A stretch of DNA of 64,000 nt, taken from Camelus dromedarius (taxonomy: Eukaryota). Numbering within the stretch: position 1 is the first letter of the stretch; every line of letters begins with the position of its first letter. A program made the position numbers and the translations under genes. Shown here piece by piece: positions 12,831-26,037 of the stretch. The stretch lies in NCBI RefSeq assembly GCF_036321535.1, contig NC_087461.1, positions 2,728,001-2,792,000 on the forward strand, in the 5' to 3' direction. Below the pieces are notes generated by a model that worked only from the letters and a program-made list of their open reading frames with translations, did no database searches and was not told where the DNA came from.

Positions 12831-14894
12831 TCGTTCTGAGGTCGCCGCTCCTGCTGTAAAGGGTACCGGTCCCTTTTCCCCCTGTTGCCCCCAAAAGCCT
12901 TCAAGATGTTTTCTGCTCTCCACAAGAAGTAGAGATAAGTGCCAAGACAGTTATGATGGTCCACAAGGAAAGTTGTGAGCATTTATTTATATGTTTTTGC
13001 ATGTTTCTCCAAAGAAGCATTGACACATACATTTTAAAACAAGAGGTTTAGATCAGAGGTGTTGATATAAACAGTGGGGCACCTGAACTCTAACTGCAGA
13101 GTGTTTTAAATGAAACGCCTTCCTCATCTCTGGACTCCGTAAAGGCTAGGACATAACGTGGCCCCATGGCTGCCACCCCCGAGTGCTGTTTCTCCCCGCA
13201 GCCCAGTAGGACGTCCCTCCAGGGCGACACTCCTGAGGCATCTTACACCCACGTGGCTTCACTGTGCCAAGGACAGGGATGCGAGCAGCTCCCCAAAAGG
13301 GGTAACTGGACGCCAAGGTACCATGAATAAGGATTTGTTAATGAACAAAGAACAAAGCAATTGTCTCCTGGGGGGGAAATGTACTTTGGATAGAATCATC
13401 AAAGGGACAAATAAAACATCTTCTATTATTAACCACTTACAAGTTCCCGAAATTATGTCTCTTTCAACAGCCTAGAGGGCCTTTGAAGATGCTCTAATTA
13501 AGTTTCTAGAGAGACCAGAATATTTGTCCCTTTTAGAGTAAACAAAGAGGGACTGTCACTCCAGTGACATTTTCATGGTCCTTGTATTTAGAAAGTTAAC
13601 TGCATTCCTCTATCACCCTTCACATAAGGCAGGCTTTCAGAACCTCTTTTAGAAAAGTCGTCCGCTTGGGTAGATTAGTGAAGCTGCACACGTGCTACCT
13701 CAGGGCACGTTGCACACACTGAAGGTGATAACCAAGCAGGCACCTTCAGGTTCTGACGTCTCTCTTGGAAAGAAGGACCAGGTGATCTTCGGATTTTATA
13801 AATGTCATATAATCATATTGTAATGCCTGGAAGTGATCGGGCAGCTAATTACCAGAATCGCTGATCAACACGATGGCACTAACAGCGCATGGCATGAAAA
13901 CAAGAAGTTTAAAATGGAAAACCTATGTTCAGTTCAGCTCTTGAAGGGCCAGTAACATCATTCATGTCCGTGGCTGAGTTCTTCTAAAAGATTCAGGGGC
14001 TCCCACTGGAATGTCGACCTCGCTGCCTTGAGCTCCTTCACAGCCACGAGTCTGTGATATGGTCGCAGCACAGGCGGGGCGAAAGAGGCTCAGAAACACG
14101 GGCCGAGGTTTTCACGTGCTTGTGTGACCTTATCAGGGTTAGCAGGGCTCTGCAGCTCGGACTGGCTGCACCCCGATTCCCTGCGATTTGCTTTATCTTT
14201 TCCTTTCTTCCTTCCACCCCACCTCCACCTGGGGACAGTGGCAAAATGCAGGAAGGTTATGGAACCAAGAGATAGATCAGGGATGGAGAGAGATTCAGTA
14301 AGGGTCCCTCAGGCTCAGGACGGGTTCCTTCCCGGGACCACCTTCCATGCTTCCTGAGTTAATAAAGACCTTTCTGTGCCCAGACAATCCAGTGAAATCC
14401 GCATGTCCTCTCTCCACCTAGAGTTGAGCCAGCTGGTTTGAGTGTCTGCCTTGCTTGATTGTTTGGAGGCTTTTATACATTTTATGGGGAAATATTTGAT
14501 TGACTTAGACACAGATGAGGTGGCGGGGTTGGGAGCCAGCGGGGTCGGGGAGAAAGAATATTTAAATCTGATCAGCACTGATGGTTTCAAAGGACAGTCA
14601 TCCTGGCCCCAGACCTCATCTTGCCCAACGTGGGCGATCAAATGAATGAAAATGTCAGGAAGGGACATAATTGAATCCGACTAGTGACTGCGCAAGCCGT
14701 GCCTTATTTAATAAGGGAACAGCCAAGAGGACCCTGGAAGCCCATTACCCTAACTCAGTTAGTCCCTTTTCCTGCAGAGGGCCTTAAGCCAGGGGAGGAT
14801 TGGAGACAACAGACTTGAGTGTGAGCAGCTGGAAGACACCTAGCCCATAAGAAGTTATGTGTAAATTATTCTTTCCCTTCGTAAAGAAAGGGTC

Positions 14895-15470
14895 TCTTCC
14901 CCCCAGCTTTATTGAGATATAACTGGCAGATAATGTCGTGTGAGCCGAAGGAGTGCAACGTGATGCTCCGATACACTTCACTATTGCAGAATGATGACCA
15001 CCTCAGCAACAGCTGACTCCTCCGTCACACCTTCATCACATCCCAAAATTACCGTCTGTGTGTGGTGAGAACATTTAATATTTACTCTCTTAGCAACCTC
15101 GTTTTATTTTTAATTTTTTTATTGAAGTAGAGTCGATTTACAATGTTGCGTTAGTCTCTGGGGCACAGCACAGTGATCCCCTAAATGCCCATTGACAGAA
15201 GCTTGGATAAAGAAATTGTGGTGGATAAATACAGTGGAATTCTTAGCAACTTCCAAGCAACTTTCAACACACACAACTTTCAAGTTACACAAGCAACTTT
15301 CAAGTAACTTTCATCGCCCCGTTAAATATCGGGTCCCCAGAACTGACGCACATTTTAGGTGGAAATGTGTACCCTTTCACCAGCACCTCCCCCCGTCCTC
15401 CGCCCCAAACTCTGGAGCCCATTTCACAAGGTAAATCTACTGTTGATACCTGTGCAAAGATAATGTCTGC
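14895..15470 (-). mobile_element. Old antisense L1 (L1MA/MB-like) 3' end interrupted by a younger L1 at 15101-15240
   Basis: cagctttattgagatataa...gtggtgagaacatttaatatttactctcttagcaac, resuming ...gggtccccagaactga... Confidence 0.75.
15101..15240 (-). mobile_element. Short 5'-inverted L1 insertion with target-site duplication
   Basis: Poly-T plus antisense L1 tail (15101-15180) joined to a sense L1 piece (15181-15240); TCTTAGCAAC at 15088-15097 and 15241-15250. Confidence 0.65.
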
Positions 15471-17639
15471 GATGACCTTTACAAATCTCTCAACTGGCGT
15501 GATTTCAGTGTTTTGGAATCCAGTCTACTGCTCACTTGTTAAGGATCTTTCCATAAACTTCATAGCACGTAAAGTCAGTGTGAGCTTCTCCATCCTGTGA
15601 CACATCGGCCCTTGGTGTCTCAGCTCCATCCTCAGTTCAGTGGGTCCCCAGCGTTCTCACAGGGAAACAGAATACAGTTGACAGCAAAGTTGGGGTTTGT
15701 TTGTTTGTTGTTTAATGTAGGAAACAGCAACACAACTCAAGGGCAGCACTATTTTCATTCTTTTTTAATTAGTAAATCATATACTTACTCATGCACAAGC
15801 CTGAGTAGACAGACACCCTACAATTCTCTCTCACCATTAGGGAAATTGGCTTATTCCTGGATGTCTCAAAAGCTTCCTAAACACATGGAATTTAGATAAT
15901 TACAGAAGGTTTTCCTAATGGAGTCTCTTTTGCAAATCAATATAAAATCACCAGCAGACTTGGAAGGGGGTGCAGACCGGAAAGCCATTTGTTTTTATTA
16001 GCTTTCCATTCGTTTTAATCTTAAGAAAAATACGTGAGAAAAGAATATGCCTTTAATAGCTTCCTAATAGATCAAAACAAAGGCTAGTTTGTGTCATAGT
16101 AAATAAAACTTTGGGGAAATTTAATTATATTATTTTTAAAGGAATAATCCTGGATGCTGTTTTGAGAACCACTAGTTTCAGAATGCACCTCCTTAGTACC
16201 AACTTTTCTTTTCCTTAATCTTCTAAACCCTAAAACACAGGAAACAATATATCTGAATGCTAACTGATACATGAAATTGGGTATTCCAATATTTTTAAAA
16301 TTATTTTAAGCATAAATTTAAAATTCATATATTAGTCACATTAACCCAATCTGCAAACTCACATATTATCCCAAATAAAAAAGCAATATGTTTGGTTATT
16401 GAAAATGTCTTAGCTTTAGAGAATTAAAACGTACATGAGAGTGGTAAAGGTTCCAACACACAGCTCAAAAATGTGGGGCATGGCATTTACTCTGCTGTCG
16501 GCACCTTCTGGAAATTCAAAATAATTATGACGTCTTAAGATCAAGATAACATTTTAGGTTATAATTAAAAATCATTGGTTCATTTTTCTTCTGCCTCTGA
16601 TTTATCCCAGCTACAAATCTGGGAGCTAATCAGAAAGAATAGTGAAACATCTTAAGGACTTTTTGAAGGGTCCTTTTTTTCTTATTTCACAAAGTAAAAT
16701 GTGTTCCATGCCCTGTTGGATAAACTAAAAAGCATCTAAGACATAGGAAAATTCACTTAACAAAAATATTTTCTATATTAATACTGATGTTTAACATCCT
16801 TTAAGTATTATTTGGCTTTTTCTTTACCTTTTAAGGTTTAAAGTTTCTCTTCCTGGTTTGGGAATCAGTAAACAAATACAGTGCTGTGAGCAACTTGGTA
16901 CCAACACAATCAGATCCTTCAAAACAGTGTTTTTTTCTGTTTTCTCTTTAAGTTTCCTGTTGCCCTGATACATTGTGTCCTCACGTCCCTTAGAAGCCAC
17001 ATGAGGAAGTAATAAAGTGCATCCTTCTGTCCACAGACAGGCAGCGTTTACCAGCTGATGGAGAGAAATACTGAGCATCGTCACCATTTGTCACACACGG
17101 CCGTTTGGTCACAGGGAGCGAGATCGGTGAGCAGGGAACACCCGTGGAAAAGGACAACGGATCATGGGCAGTTCCGCAGTTTAATTTTTCACAGGATACG
17201 GAAGTCAGACATGATCTTAGACAAACTATAAAATAGTAACAACAGGCTGGCCACTGTTCATGGAAAACAGGCTCCCTGCAAAGACAAGGGAGACACAGGA
17301 CTCACGTCTTAAAAAACCGTTTTTCCCTTTAGCACCAAGTCTTGCACATTGTAGCGCTCCTCACAGAAAAAAAAAGAAAAAAGGAGACACGAGTATTGTC
17401 TTTCAAAGACGTCCTTCCCAGGAACGTGGAAGGTGTGCAAACACGTACAGTGTGCTCGGGGACCCAGCTCCCCCTACAGGAAGCAGGAAGGAAGACAGAT
17501 TCTTTGTGAACAGCGTTCTCCGGCACACACCCTAATATGAAGATTGTTTTGCTTCTGACAAACGATGCTCCCGGCTGAGAATGTTCAAGAGAAGAAAGGA
17601 AAGTGATAGATGGGCGATGTGGCTCATTACCGAGGCACT

Positions 17640-18105
17640 GATGTGGTATGTATACATACTACTCAGCCATAAAAAAGAATAAAGTAATGCCATTTGTAAC
17701 AACACGGGTGGGCCTGGAGATTGTCGTATCAAGTGAAGGAAGTCAGACGGAGAAAGACAAATACTCTATGTTATCACTTATCCGTGGAATCTAAACAACA
17801 AAACAAATGTATGTAACAAAATAGAAACAGACTCACAGATACAGAGAACAAACCAGTGGTTACCAGTGGGAGAAGGAAGGAAGGAGGGGCAGGGGCAGGG
17901 GCAGGGTAGGCGGTGAACAGGTACACAGTACTCTGTGTGCAATAAATAAGCTACAAGGATATATTGTCCAGCATGAGGAAATGTAGTCGATAGGTTATAA
18001 TAACTGTAAATGGAGTATATTCTATAAAAATATTGAAAATCTATGTTGTACACCTGAGACTAATAGAAAATTATAAATCAACTTGACCTCAATCTTTAAA
18101 AAGAA
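17640..18105 (+). mobile_element. LINE-1 3' end
   Basis: tactactcagccataaaaaagaa...gtggaatctaaa...tgttgtacacctgagactaat...aatcaacttgacctcaat; internal (GGGGCA)3 G4-like motif 17886-17906. Confidence 0.9.
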
Positions 18106-19859
18106 GACTCTGTGGAGGGAGGGTGGCTGTGGAGCTGGCAGCTTGACACAGTCGATGCCCAGCTGCACGCACCCGATCGGGGTGGCGCCCAGCTCAGGCG
18201 CTGCCTCCTGAAACAGTGTGGGACAGGCAACAGACAAGGGGAGTAAACTCAGGGCCGCGTGTCCAGCGGGCCACGGAGGGGGAGTCCCACTAGACAGTGT
18301 CGAGGCTGGAAAAGGGGAAAATGGTGTGTCAGGAGAACATATTCTGACTCCCCCGCAACCCAGTTTCCTCTTAGGGGGCATCTGACATTCCCTTCTGATG
18401 TCTGATGTTTCACATTTACGCCTGTGTTCACTCAAGGTCTCAGCCCTGCCAGAACCTTCTCGATGGAACATCTCAGCCCTTTCCGTGTGACTGTACATCT
18501 GACAAGCCCCCCTCAAAGCAGCTACATGTGTAGTCAAGACTATAAAGTCAGAGACCCTGACTCCCCAAGAACGAAATGCTGCCTTCAGGAAACAGAGGAA
18601 GCATCGAGGTAGAGAAGAGAGATGCAGAAGGCGTTGGCAGTGACCCTGAAGCCCCAGCTGAGCCGTGTGTGCACCGGCGCCGAGCAGCCCCGACCGAGCT
18701 CGTCAGCCAAGAAGCTCCAGCAGCAGCGCTGACAGAGGAGCGTGCGCGGTCCGGCGTGCTGTATCGGCCAGAGCAGGGGCACTGTGTGTGTGTGTGCCCG
18801 CACTTGACCTTTGACGTTCTAAATAAACTTGGGAGAGCAGCGTGCTCTTCGGTAATCTGCTGGCCACGTGATGCTAATCCGTTTATCAAAGAAACCTACC
18901 TGCCTGTGCTTTCACAAGGGGCCCCTCAGATATTCGAGGACAGCTGGAATGTTCCAGCCCTTCCTTTGCACGTTTCCTCTCCCCCTGGATAAACACCCCG
19001 AGCTGTTTTAGCCGTTAGTCATGTAACATACCGCTGCGTGTCCCCATCGTCCTGAGAATGTCCCTGTCGGTGCTCACTGCTCGGGCGGCGTCCCGGGCAA
19101 ACCTGTGCTCCTTTAAAGGTAAATGACTTTTGATAAAACTTCTGTAAGAAATGAATGCAGGACTCCTCATTTCAGTTTCGACCTGTAATGAGTTCAGAAG
19201 CTATTACTCCCATTTTTACAACAAAAAAGCTGGACAAACTGAAAATAAATGTCTTTCTTGGACCCACCAGAGACCTGAGGCTGCAGGGCACGCTGCCACT
19301 CCGGAATCTGGAGACCAGTCAATCCAGAAGAGACTCGCTGGCCTCACCCAGCTAGGCTGGGGGACGGTCTTTCCTCCACCCCTTCTAACATTTACGTCTC
19401 ACTCAAGGGGATAAAACAAAATCAAAACCATAGTCAGGAGGTTACAGCGTCAGGGAACTAGACTGTCTAGTCCAGAAGGGAGGGGAGGGTGGGGGAGGAA
19501 ATTCTCTACTGTGGGAAAAACGCGTGTGCAGGTCGCAGCCCAGAGACAGCACCTGGGCTGCGACCTCCACAGGTTGCAGGACCCTGAGATTTAGCCCTAA
19601 GACTGTAGACTGTTTGTCCTTCCCCGTGGGTGCCCACCAGAGTGCAGGGTTCCTCTGCAATAACAGTGCGTTACACCTGACGGAGCTGGAAGGGGTGAAT
19701 GAGGGAAGCTCACCACCAAAGTGGAGACAGAAGCAAAGGCCCTGGAGCTGTCCGGGCCCCCAGGCACACTCAGCCCCAGCCCCCACAGCCCGATGACCAT
19801 ACCTCCTCCAGCTAAAAGCCCGCTGCCTTCAGTGCCTGTCACTCAATGTGCGTCCGGCT

Positions 19860-20135
19860 TTTTACAAAGTGGTTAGTACCTGCAAATCTCAAAGTCCCAA
19901 TTTATCCCTTCCCATTAGTTTATTTTCTATGCCTGTGAGTCTTTCTGTTTTGTAAATAAGTTCATTTGTGTCTTATTGTTTTTAGCTTCCACATATCAGG
20001 GGAACTATAGTCAATATCTTATAATAACCTATAATGAAAAGGAATATGGAGGGGAATATATATGTACATGTATGACTGAAATATGACGCTGTACCCCAGA
20101 AACTGACACACTGGAAACTGACTATACTGACCATA
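19860..20135 (+). mobile_element. 5'-inverted LINE-1 fragment
   Basis: Antisense L1 3'UTR piece (about 19870-20000) fused to a sense terminal piece (about 20000-20135). Confidence 0.7.
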
Positions 20136-20169
20136 CGTTAATTAATATGCCTATTTTAGACCAATATTT

Positions 20170-20320
20170 TTCCAACTGAGCTAGTCATTAAAATATCTGA
20201 GGTGCTTATTAAAAATATAGATTCTGAAGCACCACATTCCAGACCTGCAGATGAGAGATTTAGGAATCACTATGTGTAACAAGTTCCCCAGGAAGTTCTG
20301 CTCATGAGTCAAGTTGGGGA
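20170..20320. mobile_element. MER5-like hAT DNA transposon remnant
   Basis: gaggtgcttattaaaaatatagattctg...ccagacct...taacaagttccccagg. Confidence 0.65.
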
Positions 20321-20429
20321 AGGACCCCAAGAAAGACGTGAAAACTCATCCAGACCCACTGATGGCAGTTAGGGATGGAGCATGGTGCACAGGGTCAAAT
20401 TCTGCATCCGGGTGATTTGTGTATATTTA

Positions 20430-20610
20430 CACCTTCAGCCCCATGAGAACTAAATAAGGTCGATACTAATATTATCTCAATTTTACAGATGAAAATACTG
20501 AGGGATGTAAGTATTAAGTTACTTCCCCAAAGTCACATGGCTTCTAGGCACAGAGATGGGATTCCACCCCAGAAAATTTATTCCAGAACTGGGACCTCAA
20601 CTCCCTCTCA
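20430..20610 (-). mobile_element. MIR
   Basis: attttacagatgaaaatactgagg...aagttacttccccaaagtcacatggct core. Confidence 0.75.
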
Positions 20611-21579
20611 GTAAAGGCCATGTAATATTCCAGGGTTTCCAACAAAACCAAACAGTCTTTGATATAAAACTTTAGTCGCAATCTATTTTTTATCGATTAT
20701 TACATCCTGGTTGATTCATGGTCATCCGAGCACAGGCAAGGCGAACATCCTGAAAAAGCTGCCAGATACTCCATTTAGAAATTCAGTCGTCCTCAGACTG
20801 AAGTGCTGAATCTTCAAGTAAGCCTGGTCATTGAGTAGTAAATGCAATTCTGGAAGGAAGCATTATGGGAAATGCAAGGCATTAATTTATGTAAGTCAAA
20901 ACATGAGCTTGCAAAGAGTGTAAGATTTATTATTAAAGACACAGTAACTTTGAAAGTATTACACATTTCTCATCATCTATAAAGCCCATCTTTAAATGAC
21001 ATTTTATTTAAAAATCTCTAAAAATACTGGAACCCTGAAATGCAGAAAAATTGGTCTGAGAAGAGCTTTCAGTCTGCTTTTAATTGTCCCAGATACGCAG
21101 ACAGGAATATGACCGTTATAATTCCTGGAACATTGCCGAGCTCTCCTGCACACGTAGACTCCGAGTTTGGATCCCAGTGCCAGGAAATGGAAAAAAAGCT
21201 TGAATTGTCTTGCACTGAATGTTTGCGAGCACTTAACGTTCTCTCCCAGACCCACAGAGGACAGGACGGAGACCAGAAAGGAAAGGAAGGTGCTGTGTTG
21301 GGAGGAAAACTGTCTCATGTAAACTTCAGTTAAAATGTGCATCTTTGGACTGGGCATAAATCACCCAGACCCGAGCTTCTGTGGCCCTTCAAGCATCCAG
21401 TCATCTAGTAAACATTTCAAGATTATGTGAACTTGACTGGACCCTTGTCCTGTAATTTGACCCCATCCCCAGTTACCACAGATACTATAAAATCCAGACA
21501 CCAGGCACCTTCCTCCCTCCCCCGCTCCCCCTCTCCTTCCTTCCTTCCTTTCATTTTTTTCTTGTTGTTTTTATTCCTT

Positions 21580-22620
21580 TTTTCTCATCACGTTTTCGTT
21601 TGGGAAGTTTCAGTTGACCTTTCTTCAAGCTCAGTGATCCTCTCCCTGCCTGTGTCTCATCTGAGCGAGAGTCTGTCAGACAGGTTCCATCTCTCTGTTT
21701 CCGTCATTCCTCCCTTCGTTGTACGTTGTCTCCCTTTCCCACTAGAGCTTAATCATAGCTATTTTAAAACATTCCAAAATCTGTGCCACATCTAAGCCTA
21801 TTTCTGCTGCTCATTTTCATCTTTCCAGACTGTGATTTTCTTGCCTTTTAGCATGCCTTGTGATTTTCATTGAAAGCCAGACGTGACGTGCCGGGTGATG
21901 GGAACTGAGGTAAACAGACCTTTCACGTGGGGTTTGGACTGTGTTTAAGGTTTGCTGTGTACATGCCAGAGGCTTCAAATTCCTCTAGTTCCATTGGTTT
22001 TGTCTCCCTCTGATGTCTTTGGGGCTTCCCTAAGAATTCCTCCTTGGGTGGAGTCTGAATCCCATACAACCTACCGTTACTATACGGGAGTCCTGTTGAC
22101 GTGGTGGTGGGACGTGGGACAGAGGGAGTGCTCTGCTGCCTTCTGGTTAAACCTCAGTGTCTTGATGAGCCTGTGTCCCTGGGCTGTGGCCTTCACACAT
22201 GCATCTCAGCTTCAGCAAGTCTGGAGGGGGCTGGAGCCGGCGGGCTGCTCTTCCCCAGGTGAGATGGAAGCCCTGGTACCATCTCCTCCCGACAGAGTAG
22301 GACTTCGTGATGGAGAAGACTTGGATGCATGCCTCGGTGGTTACTCTCTTCCCTTGTCAGAGCCACAAGGGGTCTTCCGTGGCTCCTTGCAAAGTTCCTG
22401 GAGGTGGAACCCTTTTCTGTGGTCTCCACCAAGTTTCCCACTCTCAGACTCACCCACACTCTGCTCCTAGCAATTCAGCAAAATTACCATTTAAGTGCGG
22501 CTACCGGTTTACGGGTCCAGCAAGTTCTGTCCCAGGTAAGCAGCTCTTGGCTGTGACTCTCCAGAGTCACCTTTCTCTCCTGAATTCAGAGTGGCCCGCA
22601 GACCTGAGCCCTCGTTGATG
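21580..22620 (-). mobile_element. Old L1 5'/ORF1 region, antisense
   Basis: ttgggaagtttcagttgacctttcttcaagctca... and ttgaaagccagac...ggaactgaggtaaacagaccttt...cagaggcttcaaattcctctag resemble old L1M 5' sequence. Confidence 0.65.
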
Positions 22621-25414
22621 TTTTCTTCAGTGAGCTCATTTTTTTCCTGACGTGAGGACAGTAATGACGACGTCCAAGCTCCTCACACGTCGTGGCTGGA
22701 GCTACACCCGCGCGCCCGCTTTCTAGCACGTCTTCCCACCGGCCTCACGCTGTCCTGAGAGCTGCGTTTCCTCGTCCGCAGTGCTGGCGGGGGCCTGTCC
22801 CTGTGAGCGGTCTCTGAGCTCTCTACGTTACATCAGAGCCCCTGAGAGGCCACCGTTGTGGAGGAAAGGTACAAGGTGGAGAAGTACATCATTGACACCT
22901 GTATCATTTAAGTACACAGCTAATAGATAATTTTTATGTGATTTTAAAAAAACAAACCATTATCCAACAACTCTGGCAAGATTTTCAACACAATTATTTT
23001 GTAGGTAAGTAGAAAGTATTCAAGTATAGAGAGACTTTGAAACTACCAGATAAAAAGACCTGGAAGATGTTCTTTAAAATTCACAATTTCTAAAAAACAA
23101 AGCAAGATAATTTGTATTTTGACACTGAGCTCCAATAAAGGAGATTATGTATGTATATATGCATGTGCATTTTAGAAAGCCTTACTAAGATTTTAATTTG
23201 CTGTCAAGGACAACTTGTCACAGGAAGAGGAAACCGTTTTATGATTCATTTGCCAAGTTTGACTGTGACAGCCGAGATTAATTTAATCTGGGCTTTTATG
23301 CATTAGTATTCGGAAGGAATCTAACACAGAGAAAAGCGCTTGGTTTTGTCTTATTTTAACAATGAAGGAAATGTCTTGTGTGCTCTCTGTTTTGATGATT
23401 ACCATGATCTGGTGGATTAACTGGTTCTGGAGTCAAACACAAATACGGATTAGGAATCAAAGCTACTTCGAAGATGTATTTCTGTCCTTCAGACAAGGGC
23501 TCAAATAACACACGGTCATGAAAAGCAGAGGCCGTAACATTTACCCTGAAAAATAAATGTTTACCTCAAGCAGCAATTGACATTTCTAGCTTATTACGTG
23601 AATGTCAAGCACTGTTTCAAATCACTTTCGCCGGCATCCATCCTGGAGCCTTGGCCTTGGGCCTCAGGCCCAGATCAGGTTGGTTCAGTCGACTGGTGGC
23701 TTCACCTTTACTTGCTAGAAACTTGTGCTCATATCAGTAACGTGATCACAAATTCATGATGAGCGAGATGTGCTCAGAGCGGAAATAAACCCGCAGAACC
23801 ATGGAAACGAAGGAAGAGCTGCAGACGGGGGCAGGCCCGTTGAGGATGGTCTTCTGTGGGCTGCAACCCAGCCCGTGGAAGCCGCGAGGCCTCCAGCCTC
23901 ACAGGCGCTCGTCAGAGTCTGCATCTTCACCCCTCACCTCGGAGCCCGACTGAGCACCACAGAGACCGTTGTCATTGGTGACACGGCCGCAGGGACACCG
24001 GCCAACACAGAAGCCCCCTCACTTAGTTCCTCTTTTTTTTTTTTTTTTTTTTTTTTGCCAAACACAAATAATCCACCACAATAGTAAGCAGACCCCCTTC
24101 ATCCTCTCCCTTTCTTTCCATCCTAGTGACGGGAGGGTCCTCGTGGTCTCTCGCCTTCACTGCTACAGCGGGAGCTCCAGAAAGTCTTCATTCTGCTGCT
24201 CCTACCCCTTCTTGTTTCCTCCTCTTAGTGCCGGTCTGCGGAGCCAAGTTACACCTGCTCTCACACACACGCTTTTTTTTTTTAACCATAAACTGTAATT
24301 ACTCTTACTGAGAGGTCATCACACGCCGAGCATGCTGTGAGCTTCAGACATGTTTAATTCTGGGCACCTCCAGCACCTCTCCGTTAACGCATCTGTGCCA
24401 TAAATTTAGCATTTAGATTCCATTTCAGCATTTTTATTGTCTGTACATACATTCTGATTCCTCAACTAAACTTAAGCTTCTTAAAGTAAATGCCCGTGTC
24501 TTGCTGTCCCTAACAGGCGTGTGCTAAATGACCACATCCAGCTTGCTCCGTTTCTGAGACATTTTGTGAGCGATGAGCTCTGAGTCGCGGGTGTGTGGTT
24601 ACGGGTTACTCACGGGCGCCCCCAGAACCTGGATGGGGCCACACGCTCCTGTGACTGAACAGAACTCATAGATGTGTTCAAGCCCAGGCTTCGGGCCTTC
24701 GGGCCGCCTCGGAGAAGCCAGCCTCTTGCAACTGTCAAGAAGGGGCTTAAAAAAGTCACAGGAAATGAAACAGTGTCCAAAGCCCACTAAGGAATTTGAG
24801 AGAACACTGTATCTTTGGAGCAAACTGACCAAATCTTCGTGTGTCAGAACTTCGGTAGGTGGTGGGTTAACCACAGACACTAGGGGAACGTTACTTTAAG
24901 GAGGCCAAGGAGCCGACATGGAAGGCACACAGAGCTTAATAGGAAAATGTGTACCAACAAATATTTTTAACTAGAAAGTTACAGCTGAGTGGGGGATTAT
25001 ATTTAGGATTCATGTAAAGCTGGAAAATATAGCAGCTGCTATTTTTAGTCAAAGTATCCTACCAGTGCTTGTGACATAATTTGACACGTGTGTATGTGAC
25101 AATTTTTAAGACGATGTTATTGGAATAAATGAGACTCAGTTATATCAGAAATGAAATGTTTAAATACTCAAAAAATATCTAGCTAGCTCTTGGTAGAAAA
25201 GACAGCTTCTCCTGTAATACAGTTTTAAAGAGTGCCATCCTTTGTTACTTCAAAGACACAGATGCATAAATGATTATTTACAGGAATTTTGTTCAGTCAT
25301 GCATTCCAGGTTTCTAAACCTAAAAATGCCTTATAATATGTGAAAGGAGAACCACCTGTTATGCGTCTACAAGCAAAAACCAAAAACATTATTTTGAACG
25401 CTATCTGCCTACGG

Positions 25415-25640
25415 CCTTTAAAATCTAATTTTTTACATTCTTTTCTGTATTCTTTTCCATTGTGGTTTATTACAGGATATTGAATACAGTTCCCTGTGCT
25501 AGACAGTAGGACCTTGCTGTTTATTTTACTTATAGTAATTTGGGTCTGCTAATCCCGAACACCTAATTTATCCCTCCCCTCCCCCTTGACCCTTTGGGAA
25601 TCATAAATTTGTGCTCTACATCTGTGAGTCCGTTTTGTAA
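25415..25640 (-). mobile_element. LINE-1 3' end (artiodactyl type), antisense
   Basis: ttccattgtggtttattacaggatattgaatacagttccctgtgct. Confidence 0.85.
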
Positions 25641-25971
25641 GCACGTAATGAAAAATGCTCTGTGCTGGGAAAAGTGATTTCCATGCCAAAGAGAACTGAT
25701 TTTTTTCATCTCAAGTATGTCATTATTCTGGTTTGTTAAGTTGGACAATTCCAATTATCTCCGATGGCTTCTGCTTTCTCATTTATGAAATGAGGGGTTG
25801 GACGTGGCTGTCAAAGTGCCTGGTAGCGTGCGGTTCTCGGATTAGACAGCCAGGGCTTTGCTCACATGTGGTTAAGAATACGTGACGCTCAATGTGTGGG
25901 TTGACTGTCTCGTGCAATCTGTGAATTCTGTCTCCCAAATCAATCATATTAGCAAATGTGACAGCGTAACA

Positions 25972-26037
25972 ATTACATATATAAATTTATATATATAATA
26001 TATATATAAATATATAACAATTTATATATATATAAAA
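25972..26037. repeat. AT-only low-complexity (TA)n-like tract
   Basis: Read directly. Confidence 0.85.
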
